Part shown: one piece after another, positions 1-10,210 of the stretch
Layout: each line of letters starts with the position of its first letter
How positions within the stretch are numbered: position 1 is the first letter of the stretch
DNA from: an uncultured Candidatus Saccharibacteria bacterium
Lineage (GTDB): Bacteria > Patescibacteriota > Saccharimonadia > Saccharimonadales > Saccharimonadaceae
Assembly: GCA_963533595.1 (NCBI GenBank)
Contig: CAUSPJ010000001.1
Location: forward strand, 1-45,236
DNA length: 45,236 nt
Direction: 5' to 3'
Made by a program: the position numbers and the translations under genes
The notes under the pieces: model-generated
Told to the model about the DNA's origin: nothing
Database searches by the model: none
The model's input: only the letters and a program-made list of their open reading frames with translations

Positions 1-98
1 TGCTACAATACACCCAGCGGAACTCTGCAGTCCAGAATGTAGTGAGTTAGTACAATGTACAGCACGACTCATCATCCTTATGCTAAAATATATCCAGT

Positions 99-704
99 AT
101 GTTAGTAGGGATTAATCATCTGATTGGGGCGCCGGTGATGAGTCTGCAGACCGGGCAGCCCCTAGCCCGTCTCGATAGCCCGATCATCAACCCCCGCAAT
201 CTACGGATCGTTGCTTTCTACGTCAGTGGTCCGAAAGTAGATTTCAAGCCGGCCGTAGTCTTCACCGACGATATCCGAGAGTTTGGCGAGATCGGCGCCA
301 TCGTTGATTCGTCAGACAATATCCTGTCGCCCGAGGGGATGGTGCGCCTGCTGGAAGTGATCAATTACAACTTTCTCCTCACAGGGCTACCCGTATCAGA
401 CGATCACCGCCAAAAGATAGGTAAAGTAGATAGCTTTACCGTCGACCCGGTTAATTTTATGATTCGTCAGCTCTACGTCAAGCCGACCCTACTACAAAGG
501 TTCTTAGTGGCTAATGTGGTGATTAACCGCCAGCAAATTATCAAGATTGAGCCGAAACGAATTATCGTCAAGGCTCCCACAGTCCAGCAGAAGCAAACTT
601 CACCCGGTAGCGAGGATTCACACTTCCTTGACCCCAAGCTGGACAATCCCTTCCGCAAGAAACCGACTCCCAGCCCGAACCAAGTCAGGTCGGATGACAA
701 CTAG
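99..704 (+). CDS. PRC-barrel domain protein (two predicted PRC barrels)
   Basis: LIGAPVMSLQTG...IINPRNLRIVAF and GLPVSDDHRQKIGKVDSFTVDP resemble tandem PRC-barrel motifs; TGCTAAAAT at 81-89 upstream. Confidence 0.7.
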   Translation: MLVGINHLIGAPVMSLQTGQPLARLDSPIINPRNLRIVAFYVSGPKVDFKPAVVFTDDIREFGEIGAIVDSSDNILSPEGMVRLLEVINYNFLLTGLPVSDDHRQKIGKVDSFTVDPVNFMIRQLYVKPTLLQRFLVANVVINRQQIIKIEPKRIIVKAPTVQQKQTSPGSEDSHFLDPKLDNPFRKKPTPSPNQVRSDDN

Positions 705-727
705 CTAATCTCTGCTACAATATAGCC

Positions 728-1597
728 ATGGATGAGATGATCGCTCATTATGTGCATAGCTTGATCAAGTGGTTTAATGATCTAAACTCGGTTCAGATCC
801 TAGTGACGATCGTCGTCGCTTACCTACTATGTAAAGCAACTCGGCCTCTGGCTCACACCATCATCAACCGCTTCGTTAAGGCACAGCGGTATGAGACAAA
901 TCTAAATAAGATTGAGCGACAAAAGCGAGCTAAGACTCTAGCCGATCTCTTCTCTTTTATAATCAAGCTAATGATCATCCTGACGGCTATCTATACCGTC
1001 TTAACCGATATGGGGATTAACCTGGCGCCGGTCATCGCCTCTGCCGGAGTGATCGGCGTGGCACTCGGCTTTGGCGCTCAGGCAGTCGTCAAAGATATGC
1101 TGGCCGGATTCCTGATCGTACTGGAAAATCAGTACCGAGTTGACGATGTAGTGCGCCTATCCGGGGTCGGCTTCCCTAGTATCCCGGTCGAAGGAACGGT
1201 TCGCTCTATCACCCTGCGCAAGACCACTCTGAGGGATCGGGACGGCAATGTTCACATCGTCCCCAACGGCTCTATCACCGAGGTCATTAACCGCACTTTA
1301 GGCTACTCTAAGTTCCGTTTCACCTTTGCCGTCGATGTCGGCACTAATGTTGACGATATTATCAAAGTGATTAACCAGACAGGGGAAGACATGGCTCGTG
1401 ATCGCACCTGGAATAAAGCCATTGTCGACGCCCCGCATTACGACGAGTTCGGTACGATTGGTAAAGAAGGCATCAATGTGACCGTCAGCGGCACTACCAT
1501 GCCCGGCTACCAGTGGAAGGTTAGTGCCGAGTTTCGCAAACGCCTAGTCTCTAATCTGCAGAAGTCCGATATCTCGATCGCTGACCTTGAGGGATGA
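728..1597 (+). CDS. mscS: Small-conductance mechanosensitive channel, MscS family
   Basis: N-terminal TM helices; ASAGVIGVALGFGAQAVVKD, EGTVRSITLRKT, DGNVHIVPNG motifs. Confidence 0.9.
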   Translation: MDEMIAHYVHSLIKWFNDLNSVQILVTIVVAYLLCKATRPLAHTIINRFVKAQRYETNLNKIERQKRAKTLADLFSFIIKLMIILTAIYTVLTDMGINLAPVIASAGVIGVALGFGAQAVVKDMLAGFLIVLENQYRVDDVVRLSGVGFPSIPVEGTVRSITLRKTTLRDRDGNVHIVPNGSITEVINRTLGYSKFRFTFAVDVGTNVDDIIKVINQTGEDMARDRTWNKAIVDAPHYDEFGTIGKEGINVTVSGTTMPGYQWKVSAEFRKRLVSNLQKSDISIADLEG

Positions 1598-2274
1598 TGA
1601 ATATCGACCCCTCTCTAGAGCCTGACAACTATATCGTCACTAGGAAGCGTAAGCTATATAAGTTCGCCTCTTTTGCCAGGCTGGCTAATTGCTATAGTGA
1701 GACCAAGTGGCAGGAAGCCAAGCAGTCTATCCTGCATAGCTCATTACCGGTCACCCTGGAGGTTGGTGCCGGTGATGGACTGTTTCTGACTAAGCTTGCC
1801 GAGGTTCATCCCGAACGGCAGTTTATCGCTCTAGACCGCAAGAGTGACCGGCTATACCGTGGCGCTAAGTTAGCTAGTGAGTCAAAGCTTACTAATATCC
1901 TCTATCTCTGGTCGAATGCCGATAATCTCCGACGCCTCCTGCCCGATCAGCTGGTCCAAACAATCTGGCTAACCTTCCCTGACCCCTGGCCACAAGAATC
2001 AAATATCAAGCATCGCCTGACTAACCGGCAACACCTCCTCAGCTATCATCAGCTACTGGCGCCTAACGGTCGGATCAAGCTGAAGACCGATAACGACAAC
2101 TTATTTGACTGGTCGGTTCAGCAGTTTACTACGGAAAAGTGGCAAATTGACCGGATAAGTCACGATCTATACGGCGATAAGATAACCGGCGACGCTACCG
2201 TCAAGACCACTTACGAAGAACGCTATCTAGCTGAAGGTAAGAAAATTAACTACCTGGCCGTTAGTAAGATCTAA
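1594..2274 (+). CDS. trmB: tRNA (guanine46-N7)-methyltransferase
   Basis: LEVGAGDG SAM-binding motif, FPDPWP, KTDN, TTYEERY signature. Confidence 0.92.
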   Translation: MMNIDPSLEPDNYIVTRKRKLYKFASFARLANCYSETKWQEAKQSILHSSLPVTLEVGAGDGLFLTKLAEVHPERQFIALDRKSDRLYRGAKLASESKLTNILYLWSNADNLRRLLPDQLVQTIWLTFPDPWPQESNIKHRLTNRQHLLSYHQLLAPNGRIKLKTDNDNLFDWSVQQFTTEKWQIDRISHDLYGDKITGDATVKTTYEERYLAEGKKINYLAVSKI

Positions 2275-3902
2275 CGACTACCGGTAGTAGCCGAGCCGGC
2301 ACCATAAACGATAACGAAGTCTGACTTGGTATGATAACCGGCTAGACCGCCCTGAACCGGCTCAACATTATATTTATGCTTGAGTGCTTCGGCTGTCTTA
2401 GTCATGGCACTATTCATCTGATAAATCGTCACCGCCGGTGTAGCTAGAGTCGGAGCATTAGAGATTACCCCGACAGTATAGCCATCAGTCTTTAGTCCGG
2501 CTGCCTTACCGGCTGCTAAGCCTTCTTGCCCCGAGCCGTTCAGTACATCTATCACCGCACCCTCCCGCACTACCGGATTCTTGCTGAGATTCTTAGCGAT
2601 ATAGGCTTGGATCACCGAGTAGTCGAATACACCGGCTACCGGCACCTCACCGACATAAGCTCCACCACTGGAGTAAGATTGGATTAGATCCTCACCACCA
2701 TCCTGTCGTCCAACGAAGGGTAGCTGTTTGATCTCAGCTAGCTTAAGCTTCGAGGCAACGCCGATAAGTGTCTGGACATGGCTGGTGTCAAAGCTGGAGA
2801 TCAGATTGTCACCCATACTGTTAATCAAGCCATTCACTGAGGTGGGATTAAGGATCGTCCCCACCGCCAGAGCCTTCTGCTGTAAGGCGGCTAGGATCTT
2901 TTGTTGATTCTTTTCTCGGTCATAGTTGCTGCCGGCCAAACCATAGTCACCCGGATTGTGATTGCGGGCTCGAGCCAGAGCCAGAGCTTTTTCACCGTCC
3001 AGGTGAGCAATCTCACCATTAGCAAAACGTAGTTTCGTCCCCGAGTCATAGATACCTCGTCGGTCAGTGCTCTCGATCTTGACATCTACTCCGCCAACCG
3101 CATTAACTGACTGGACTAGCGCCGTCCAGTCGGCATGCATATAGTAATGGACGTTTAGTCCTAAGATCTCACTGACCTTACTCATCAGTGCCTGCGCCCC
3201 GGCTTTCTCATCCTTATTCTTAGTATAAGCACAGTAAAAGACCTCGTTCAGCTTGCCTGAGGTACGACCGAGAGCCGGGCATTTATACTTGACATACAGG
3301 TCTCGGGGTAGGCTGATCATATAAGCGTTATTCTTGTCTTGGTCGATGGATACCAGCATGATCGAATCGGTTAGCATGGCCCCGTCCCAAGCGTTCTCGC
3401 TCATCGAGTAACCCGAGGTACCGAAGATCAGAATATTGGTTCGACCGTTTTTATCTTCCGCTAAGCGAGCTTTATTGGTAAAGATGGCTAGGGGATTACC
3501 CTTAAAGATCTTACCGCTGGCCAGCAGTGCTTTCACCCCTAAGTAACCGGCTATCCCCAAGAGGACAACGATGATAATGATGACGATCCTCTTGATTATC
3601 TTACCCTTGGATAAGTGACGCTTCGGCTTAAGCTTGGGCTGATCCGGCATTTGACGCTGACGACGTCTGGTCTGATGTGCCGGCATCTCGTCAGCGAGGT
3701 CCAGGTCGCCAATTTGCGACAGAGAGTCCTCAATGTCGCTCAGCAACTTATCTTCCGGTGTCATCACCGGACGACGATTAGGCACCCGACGAGGGGTAGC
3801 AACACCAGTAGTAGAGGCCTTAGAAATCGGCTTCTTGACCGGCTGACTAATCGGTCGAGGTCGTACCACGAACCCATCGATAGACTTAACTCGCTTTACC
3901 AT
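2271..3902 (-). CDS. LCP (LytR-CpsA-Psr) family glycopolymer-wall ligase with C-terminal LytR_C domain
   Basis: TNILIFG, TDSIML, SLPRDL, VNAVGGVDV, ALALARAR, DREKNQQ; C-terminal VLNGSGQEGLA; one TM helix. Start placed at ATG 3902 (track gives 3917). Confidence 0.9.
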   Translation of the reverse strand: MVKRVKSIDGFVVRPRPISQPVKKPISKASTTGVATPRRVPNRRPVMTPEDKLLSDIEDSLSQIGDLDLADEMPAHQTRRRQRQMPDQPKLKPKRHLSKGKIIKRIVIIIIVVLLGIAGYLGVKALLASGKIFKGNPLAIFTNKARLAEDKNGRTNILIFGTSGYSMSENAWDGAMLTDSIMLVSIDQDKNNAYMISLPRDLYVKYKCPALGRTSGKLNEVFYCAYTKNKDEKAGAQALMSKVSEILGLNVHYYMHADWTALVQSVNAVGGVDVKIESTDRRGIYDSGTKLRFANGEIAHLDGEKALALARARNHNPGDYGLAGSNYDREKNQQKILAALQQKALAVGTILNPTSVNGLINSMGDNLISSFDTSHVQTLIGVASKLKLAEIKQLPFVGRQDGGEDLIQSYSSGGAYVGEVPVAGVFDYSVIQAYIAKNLSKNPVVREGAVIDVLNGSGQEGLAAGKAAGLKTDGYTVGVISNAPTLATPAVTIYQMNSAMTKTAEALKHKYNVEPVQGGLAGYHTKSDFVIVYGAGSATTGSR

Positions 3903-3971
3903 ACTTAACTCTAGCATTTTAGCAAACTAGTCACCACTAGTGCAACGCTATATGTGGTATGATGTATAGGT

Positions 3972-5387
3972 ATGAGAGGCAGATCGTCATTTGTCTTCAC
4001 TATCTTACTTATGATCGGCGATGCCTTAGCTGTAGTCAGCGCCTATAGTATCGCTTTTATCCTCCGAGTTAAGATCAGTGGCACACCCATTCACAACTCC
4101 ATCCCTGCTAATACTTATCTCCAATCTCTCCTTCTATTAGTTCCCTTTATAATCATAATTTTCAGTGTGATCGGTCTCTATCAGACTAGCCAACGCCGTA
4201 CCGCCAGCTCAACCGTTGGACGCCTACTACTAGGGGCGTTCCTAGCTATGATCTTCATGGTCTTCATCGACTATTTTTACGCTGAGCATGTCTTCCCGGC
4301 TAAGAAAGTCCCTCTCTATGGCCTAGCGATATCCATCGTCCTCTTGGGACTGGTGCGAGGATTGCTCTATCTAGGACGCTATCTACGTAACCGAAGCAAC
4401 ATTGGGCTACCTAATGTCTTAATCGTTGGCGACAATGAAACAGCTAAATTACTGGTGAGAGATATTAAACGACCGGGTAGTAGCTATCACCTGCAAGGCG
4501 TAGTCGGTGATGGACGATTAAAATGGACTAATTACAAGACTTTCGATGAGGCGGTGGCCAACTTCCTGCCTAATATCATCATCCAGGTCACTACCACTGA
4601 GAAACCTAAGGTTGACAGTAAGATTCTGGCTTTTGCTCAGAAGCATTACATCGACTTTATGTTTGTCCCCAGTGATGTCAACGATTTATCAGACCACCTG
4701 GAAGCTGAGTTATTCATGGGTGATATCCCGGTCATGATCGTCGAGCCTACTCGTCTGATCGGTTGGGGGCGTATCATCAAGCGGCTATTTGATATCGTCG
4801 CCAGCTTCCTCGCCATCATCATCTTGTCGCCGGTTTTTCTCTTAGTCTTCATCGCCGAGAAGCTAACTGACCACAAGGTTAGTGCTATCTTTCATCAGGT
4901 GAGGTTAACTAGAGGCGACCAGCTTTTCACTCTCTATAAGTTCCGGACTCAGTACGCTAAGTACGACGGCACTACCCCCGAGCAGGCTTTCAAGCGAATG
5001 GGGAAGCCCGAGCTGATCGAGAAATATCGGGCTAATGGTGACTTCCTCGATGACGACCCCAGAGTTACCCCGATCGGTCGCTACCTGCGTCGTTTTTCCC
5101 TAGACGAATTACCTCAGCTCTTCAACGTGCTGAAGGGTGATATATCGCTAGTTGGACCCCGAGCATTGATCCCTCAAGAGTTAAACAGATACGAGCAAAA
5201 GCACAAGATTCTCAATGTAAAGTCCGGCATCACCGGATTAGCTCAGATATCCGGTCGACGAGATTTACCTTGGGAGCAACGACGGAAGCTAGATATTTAT
5301 TACGTACAGAATTGGAGCTTCGGACTGGATATCCAGATCTTATTTAAGACCGTCCGGCAAGTCTTTACCAGCCGAGGTGCCGTCTAG
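3972..5387 (+). CDS. Undecaprenyl-phosphate sugar phosphotransferase (priming glycosyltransferase, WbaP/WcaJ/CpsE family)
   Basis: N-terminal TMs; KRLFDI, YKFRT, DDPRVTPIGRYLRRFSLDELPQLFNVLKGDISLVGPR, GITGLAQI, DIYYVQNWS. Confidence 0.93.
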   Translation: MRGRSSFVFTILLMIGDALAVVSAYSIAFILRVKISGTPIHNSIPANTYLQSLLLLVPFIIIIFSVIGLYQTSQRRTASSTVGRLLLGAFLAMIFMVFIDYFYAEHVFPAKKVPLYGLAISIVLLGLVRGLLYLGRYLRNRSNIGLPNVLIVGDNETAKLLVRDIKRPGSSYHLQGVVGDGRLKWTNYKTFDEAVANFLPNIIIQVTTTEKPKVDSKILAFAQKHYIDFMFVPSDVNDLSDHLEAELFMGDIPVMIVEPTRLIGWGRIIKRLFDIVASFLAIIILSPVFLLVFIAEKLTDHKVSAIFHQVRLTRGDQLFTLYKFRTQYAKYDGTTPEQAFKRMGKPELIEKYRANGDFLDDDPRVTPIGRYLRRFSLDELPQLFNVLKGDISLVGPRALIPQELNRYEQKHKILNVKSGITGLAQISGRRDLPWEQRRKLDIYYVQNWSFGLDIQILFKTVRQVFTSRGAV

Positions 5388-6770
5388 CAGCTTAGTGCTT
5401 AGCAGCGCCAGCACCAGATAAATATGCAGGGCATTAGGCAACCCGCTAAAGAAGCACCACTGCACCAAGTAAGCAACCAAGATAACCAGTGCTAAATGAT
5501 CTCGTCGCTGAAAGCATAGCCTCCCGTATAGCACCACTAGTCCACCCAATAAAACTAGACCGATCAATCCTCGCTCTAACAGGACTTCGACAAATTCATT
5601 TTGGACTATCTCCTTTTGGTACCGACTTCCCGTCTGCCGAGCTAAGACTATCCCGGCTGAGCCCAGTCCAGTGCCAAAAAGCTGCTGACCGAGCTGGTTA
5701 GACCGCCAAGCAGCCAGAGCAGTCTTCGTCAGGCTTAGTCGCACGTTAGTCGACTCAGCAACGTAGCCATGATAAGCCGGCTGTTTATCGTGCTCTTGAG
5801 GAATCGACGGCAGGGGAGTCGGTGATTTCCGCCGGTAGGGGAGTCGGATGATTCCCATTGATAGATGATTTAGACTAGTCGATACCGCCTGAGTAAAGCT
5901 ACTGTCGATCCGTGGATTAGCACTAGCTAGAGTACCTTGACAGACTAGGCAGACCACTAGAGATAAGGCGACCAGCCCTACTACTGCCAGCTGACAACGC
6001 CACTTTCTGACTAACAAGATCATCACTACCAGGCTAGCCAGGTAAGCATAGATTGCCCCCCGGGATAGAGTTAGCCATAAAGTGGTTAGCATCAGTACTA
6101 GCAGCAATGGTTGTTTAGTGTAGCTGTGCTTCCCCTGTAAGGTTAGATAAGTAATATAGAGAAGTGGCACTAATAGTAAGCTGCCTAAGAACTGCGGCTC
6201 GATCGCCAGTAGATTTGGCCTGATGAAGCCAAACTGTCCCGCCACGCAGCCGGCACACAACCCGAGGCTATGGCGATTAGTGATAACAAATGTCCCTAAG
6301 ACCATCTGGGCAATCGCCAAGAGGCAAGCCGAAATCGTCGCCCAGATAGCTACTCTCACTAGCTTTGGCAATAGCTGGCACAGCAGACGACGCTCAGCCA
6401 CTAACGCAAGAAAGACTAGGTATAACATGACGTACACAGCAAAGGTTAGCAAACCTCTGGTGCGATTGTCTGACCAGATTACGCATAAACCTGACCAGCC
6501 AACAAAGGCACTAGTCAGCCGGACCAGCCCCGACTGCCTCAGCTCCGACCGATAGCGCCAAACTCTCGGCAACCCGACAATTGCTAATATCACAACATAG
6601 ATTAGCGTCAGCGACAGCTCGTAGTTCATCGTGCTGTCCTCCGCCAAACTGATTCGTGGTAAATAAGAAAACCAGATCATAATTGGCGCCATGAGCCAGA
6701 GCCGTTCCAGTAGTGACAGTCGCCAAAACGTCTTGAGTTTACTTAAGATTAATCTTGATTTACTAGTCAC
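5340..6770 (-). CDS. O-antigen ligase / Wzy_C-like polytopic membrane protein
   Basis: Many TM segments; EPQFLG, LTLSRGA, FGTGLGS, QNEFVEVLLERGLIGL; GTG start overlapping upstream TGA. Confidence 0.78.
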   Translation of the reverse strand: MTSKSRLILSKLKTFWRLSLLERLWLMAPIMIWFSYLPRISLAEDSTMNYELSLTLIYVVILAIVGLPRVWRYRSELRQSGLVRLTSAFVGWSGLCVIWSDNRTRGLLTFAVYVMLYLVFLALVAERRLLCQLLPKLVRVAIWATISACLLAIAQMVLGTFVITNRHSLGLCAGCVAGQFGFIRPNLLAIEPQFLGSLLLVPLLYITYLTLQGKHSYTKQPLLLVLMLTTLWLTLSRGAIYAYLASLVVMILLVRKWRCQLAVVGLVALSLVVCLVCQGTLASANPRIDSSFTQAVSTSLNHLSMGIIRLPYRRKSPTPLPSIPQEHDKQPAYHGYVAESTNVRLSLTKTALAAWRSNQLGQQLFGTGLGSAGIVLARQTGSRYQKEIVQNEFVEVLLERGLIGLVLLGGLVVLYGRLCFQRRDHLALVILVAYLVQWCFFSGLPNALHIYLVLALLSTKLLDGTSAGKDLPDGLK

Positions 6771-7927
6771 TGCTCTATTATCTGCTTAATATTCTTCTGA
6801 AAATGATCTGCCGAAAAGCGTTCAGCTGATTTAACCACTTGGTCATGCTTAAATTGTGCGACGTTAAATCTTTTTATTCCCTCAGCCAAGTTATCAACCG
6901 TTTGTTCTGAGAAAAATAGTCCATTTACTTCGTCTCTGATGATGTCAGCCGATCCGCCACTCCGGAATGCCAGTACCGGTAATCCACTCGCTAATGCCTC
7001 AACCGGTACAATACCGAAAGGCTCCAGACTAGGAAAAATTAATCCCTTAGCTGACCGATAATATTTAACTATCTCTCCCACCCCGTCATATTTAGGTAAG
7101 AACTTGATCTGTGAACTATCCCCTACCAGTTTCACCAGTGAATTGTGTTCCGGCCCACTACCGATCACCAGCAAGTTCTCTCCGGTTTCCAGACAAGCCT
7201 GGATAGCTAAGTCAAATCTCTTCCAGTTCACCTGCCGACCGGCTACGACATAAAAGTCTCCCCCTCTAAACAGCTCTTGGCGGATCTGACAGATATCCTT
7301 CGCTTTTACTTGCTGACTAGCTAGCTTGATCTGGTCTACTTGGGCCAGAGGAAACAGTACTTGACTAGGTCGACCATAGTAACGTTTGATCTCATCCGCC
7401 ACATAGTGTGAATTAGCCAGCAAAGTATCGGGGCGCTGAGCCGCTCGCCAATCCGAGCGACGCATCGGCTTGACTAGTATCCTTAGCCCGAAACGAGCTA
7501 GCCAATTCAGCTTACCGAAGCCGGGGTTAGCGATATATTGATCATACATACCCCAGTAATACTGGGTCGGTGGACCCTGCAGATAGGCAATATGACGAGT
7601 ACCGCTCGCCACCTTGATACCTTTACATTCAGCGTTACAGACTGAGATAACGATATCATAGCCGGTCAGACGTAAGTGACTAAAGTAGTGCGCCCGCAAA
7701 GGAGCGATAAACTTACGTAGAGCTCTAGGTAGGATATTTAACCAGCCCGTAATCACTCGTTTACCTTGAAACTTAGTAGCCGAACGAGGACGATATTGTG
7801 AAGTATAGATCGGTGCTTCGGGAAAAATCTTAGTTAGCTCTAAGAGTACTTGTTCTGCCCCGCCGATCTCTGTCAACCAATCGCAGACTAAGGCTATACG
7901 GGGATGATTATCAGTCTCACTAGACAT
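6767..7927 (-). CDS. Glycosyltransferase family 4 (GT-B)
   Basis: DWLTEIGGAEQV; WKRFDLAI; PSLEPFGIVPVEALASGLPV. Confidence 0.92.
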   Translation of the reverse strand: MSSETDNHPRIALVCDWLTEIGGAEQVLLELTKIFPEAPIYTSQYRPRSATKFQGKRVITGWLNILPRALRKFIAPLRAHYFSHLRLTGYDIVISVCNAECKGIKVASGTRHIAYLQGPPTQYYWGMYDQYIANPGFGKLNWLARFGLRILVKPMRRSDWRAAQRPDTLLANSHYVADEIKRYYGRPSQVLFPLAQVDQIKLASQQVKAKDICQIRQELFRGGDFYVVAGRQVNWKRFDLAIQACLETGENLLVIGSGPEHNSLVKLVGDSSQIKFLPKYDGVGEIVKYYRSAKGLIFPSLEPFGIVPVEALASGLPVLAFRSGGSADIIRDEVNGLFFSEQTVDNLAEGIKRFNVAQFKHDQVVKSAERFSADHFQKNIKQIIEQ

Positions 7928-10193
7928 TCCTGTTTTTAGTTAAGTACTCTAAGTAATCAGCTTGACCTGCCACCTGATTACTTAGTTTCAGCATATCTAT
8001 ATGCTGACGATATCGTTTACTCAGCTTGAACCAAACCCGCTTTAGTAGATTCTTAGTTTGCTCTTTCAGCTTCAGTATTGGCAAGATTTTGAGTGTTCGC
8101 CAAACAGCTCGTTGAATCCCCGGGTCAGCCTGCTGAAAATCGTCATAATTTTGGTCGATAAACTCCCGCACTGATAACTGAGTCTCTAGCTTACCTTTAC
8201 GAGTCTGGTTATCATGAGCGTAGCTATAGTCCTGGATCAGGCGGAGCCAGAAGAAATCAACATACTGACTATACATACCCTGTTCCTTGAGGTAGCGAAA
8301 TATCGACTCAGTGATCTTGAGATAGTCCGCGCTAGACTTATGCTTGCGAAATGATGTCGACATGATACTACTGGGACGACGGATGTAATTGTATAATTTA
8401 TCTTTACTAAAGAAGATAGTCTGGCACCTCAGCATGTAACAGTTGCAAAAATAAGCATCCTCAAAGAGTAGACCATCGGGAAACTTGATGTCATAACGAT
8501 CAATGATATCTTTACGAAAAATCTTATTCCACAGCGAAACATCCGTATTAACGATTAGCTGCCAGTTGATGAGCTGAGAATCATTATATTTCTGCTCCAG
8601 ATAAGACTTAGTGTCACGTCTCAGCTTACGCTCCAGCTGATTTAATATGACATTTTGACTACAGATAGCCAGGTCAACCTGGCGCCGCTCCATGATATTA
8701 AACATCTTGAGGCACATATTAGGAGTATAGGTATCATCACTGTCGCACCACATAATATACTTACCACTAGCCCGTCGCAACCCTTCGTTACGAGCTGTCG
8801 CTACCCCAGCATTCTTCTGATGATAAACCTTGATACGTTTGTCTTGTTTAGCATATTTCTTTAATAGCGCTAACGATCCGTCGGTTGAGCCATCATCAAT
8901 GCAAATTATCTCGATATTCGCCAGAGTCTGATCAATTAAGCTATCAATAGTTTCCGTCAGATATTGCTCGGTATTATAGACAGGGATGATGACAGAGATA
9001 AAAGGCTGACTAGTCACGGACAGCTCAGCGTATTTCGTCGGCTGATCAACCACCTCCCCTTGATAATGACTAATACTGTCATCGTTAAGCTTAATTGAGC
9101 CGGCTAGCTTATAGATAATTTCTTGTCGTTTGATATATGACCCACTTAGGTGTGATAGTGCTCGACCCATCCGACGACAGATCTTACCGATAGCTTGACG
9201 GATCGCCCGACGCCGTAAATATTGACTAGGTGATTCCATGATCCTCTTTAGGTCTTCTTTATGTTGATCACTAAAATCAGTTAGATCGAAATAACCATCC
9301 GACTGATCCTGCTTGAATTCTTCTGCCATCCGCTCGGTAAAATCACGCAGATTCTGACCATCCAATCTACTCTGGTTCCAATGGTAGATATCATACTTAC
9401 GCCAAGTGTAAACTGACTTCAGCTGATCCATCCGATCATGATCAATTAGGTATTGTTTAATACTGTCAAACTCGTCACAGACGCAGAAAACTTTAGCTCG
9501 ACTCTTAACCGATGAGGTCTCGTTATCAATCCGATAGTGTAAGTAAGCCTTAGTGGTATAGATAGCCCGATCAGCCATTGCCCAGACTTTAAAATTAAAT
9601 CCTGTATCCTGGTAAGATGCCCCCGGTGTAGGCAAGAAGTCAATCTTGTTGTCTACCAGAAATTGTTTCAGATATAGACCTGACCAGATTGACGCCATGC
9701 GGTTAAAAATATAAGGTGTTTGACGAGGTGTGACTATCGTACCGATCTCGCTAGGATCCATCAGATTACATTTGGTATTACTGCCGCCACTGCGACTAAC
9801 ATAGAAATAGAAGTCGCTTTTCACCGCCTGTGCCTGATTATCCTCAGCCAGTTTAGTGAGCTCGGCAAACATAGTTGGTTCCGCCCAATCGTCCGACTCG
9901 ACAATCCCAATATACTTACCCTTGGCTTTCCGTAGTCCCTGGTTCATACTGTCGCCATAACCGGAGTTAGCCTTATCCAGTAGCTTGAACCTCTTATCTC
10001 GCTTCATGTACGACTGAATGATCGCCGGGCAACTATCAGTCGATCCGTCGTTGATGCAGATGAGCGCGGCATCTTTAATGGTCTGGGCTGCCAGACTGGC
10101 TAAACACTGGTCTAAGTACTTCTCTACGTTATATATCGGTATTAAAACCGACACCAACGGCTGCCCACCATCACGTAACGGCTTCTTCTTCAT
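7920..10193 (-). CDS. Tandem double glycosyltransferase family 2
   Basis: Two GT-A domains: VSVLIPIYNVEKYL...NDGSTD...VESDD and ISVIIPVYNTEQYL...DDGSTD...CDSDD...FEDAYF. Confidence 0.9.
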   Translation of the reverse strand: MKKKPLRDGGQPLVSVLIPIYNVEKYLDQCLASLAAQTIKDAALICINDGSTDSCPAIIQSYMKRDKRFKLLDKANSGYGDSMNQGLRKAKGKYIGIVESDDWAEPTMFAELTKLAEDNQAQAVKSDFYFYVSRSGGSNTKCNLMDPSEIGTIVTPRQTPYIFNRMASIWSGLYLKQFLVDNKIDFLPTPGASYQDTGFNFKVWAMADRAIYTTKAYLHYRIDNETSSVKSRAKVFCVCDEFDSIKQYLIDHDRMDQLKSVYTWRKYDIYHWNQSRLDGQNLRDFTERMAEEFKQDQSDGYFDLTDFSDQHKEDLKRIMESPSQYLRRRAIRQAIGKICRRMGRALSHLSGSYIKRQEIIYKLAGSIKLNDDSISHYQGEVVDQPTKYAELSVTSQPFISVIIPVYNTEQYLTETIDSLIDQTLANIEIICIDDGSTDGSLALLKKYAKQDKRIKVYHQKNAGVATARNEGLRRASGKYIMWCDSDDTYTPNMCLKMFNIMERRQVDLAICSQNVILNQLERKLRRDTKSYLEQKYNDSQLINWQLIVNTDVSLWNKIFRKDIIDRYDIKFPDGLLFEDAYFCNCYMLRCQTIFFSKDKLYNYIRRPSSIMSTSFRKHKSSADYLKITESIFRYLKEQGMYSQYVDFFWLRLIQDYSYAHDNQTRKGKLETQLSVREFIDQNYDDFQQADPGIQRAVWRTLKILPILKLKEQTKNLLKRVWFKLSKRYRQHIDMLKLSNQVAGQADYLEYLTKNRNV

Positions 10194-10210
10194 AGAGTCT
10201 ATTATAGCAT

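Noticed and set aside
5340..5387. 48-bp convergent overlap of sugar transferase and ligase-like gene
   Set aside because: Short 3' overlaps recur in this compact genome (also recF/permease, DAGK/PGI); no sign of special function
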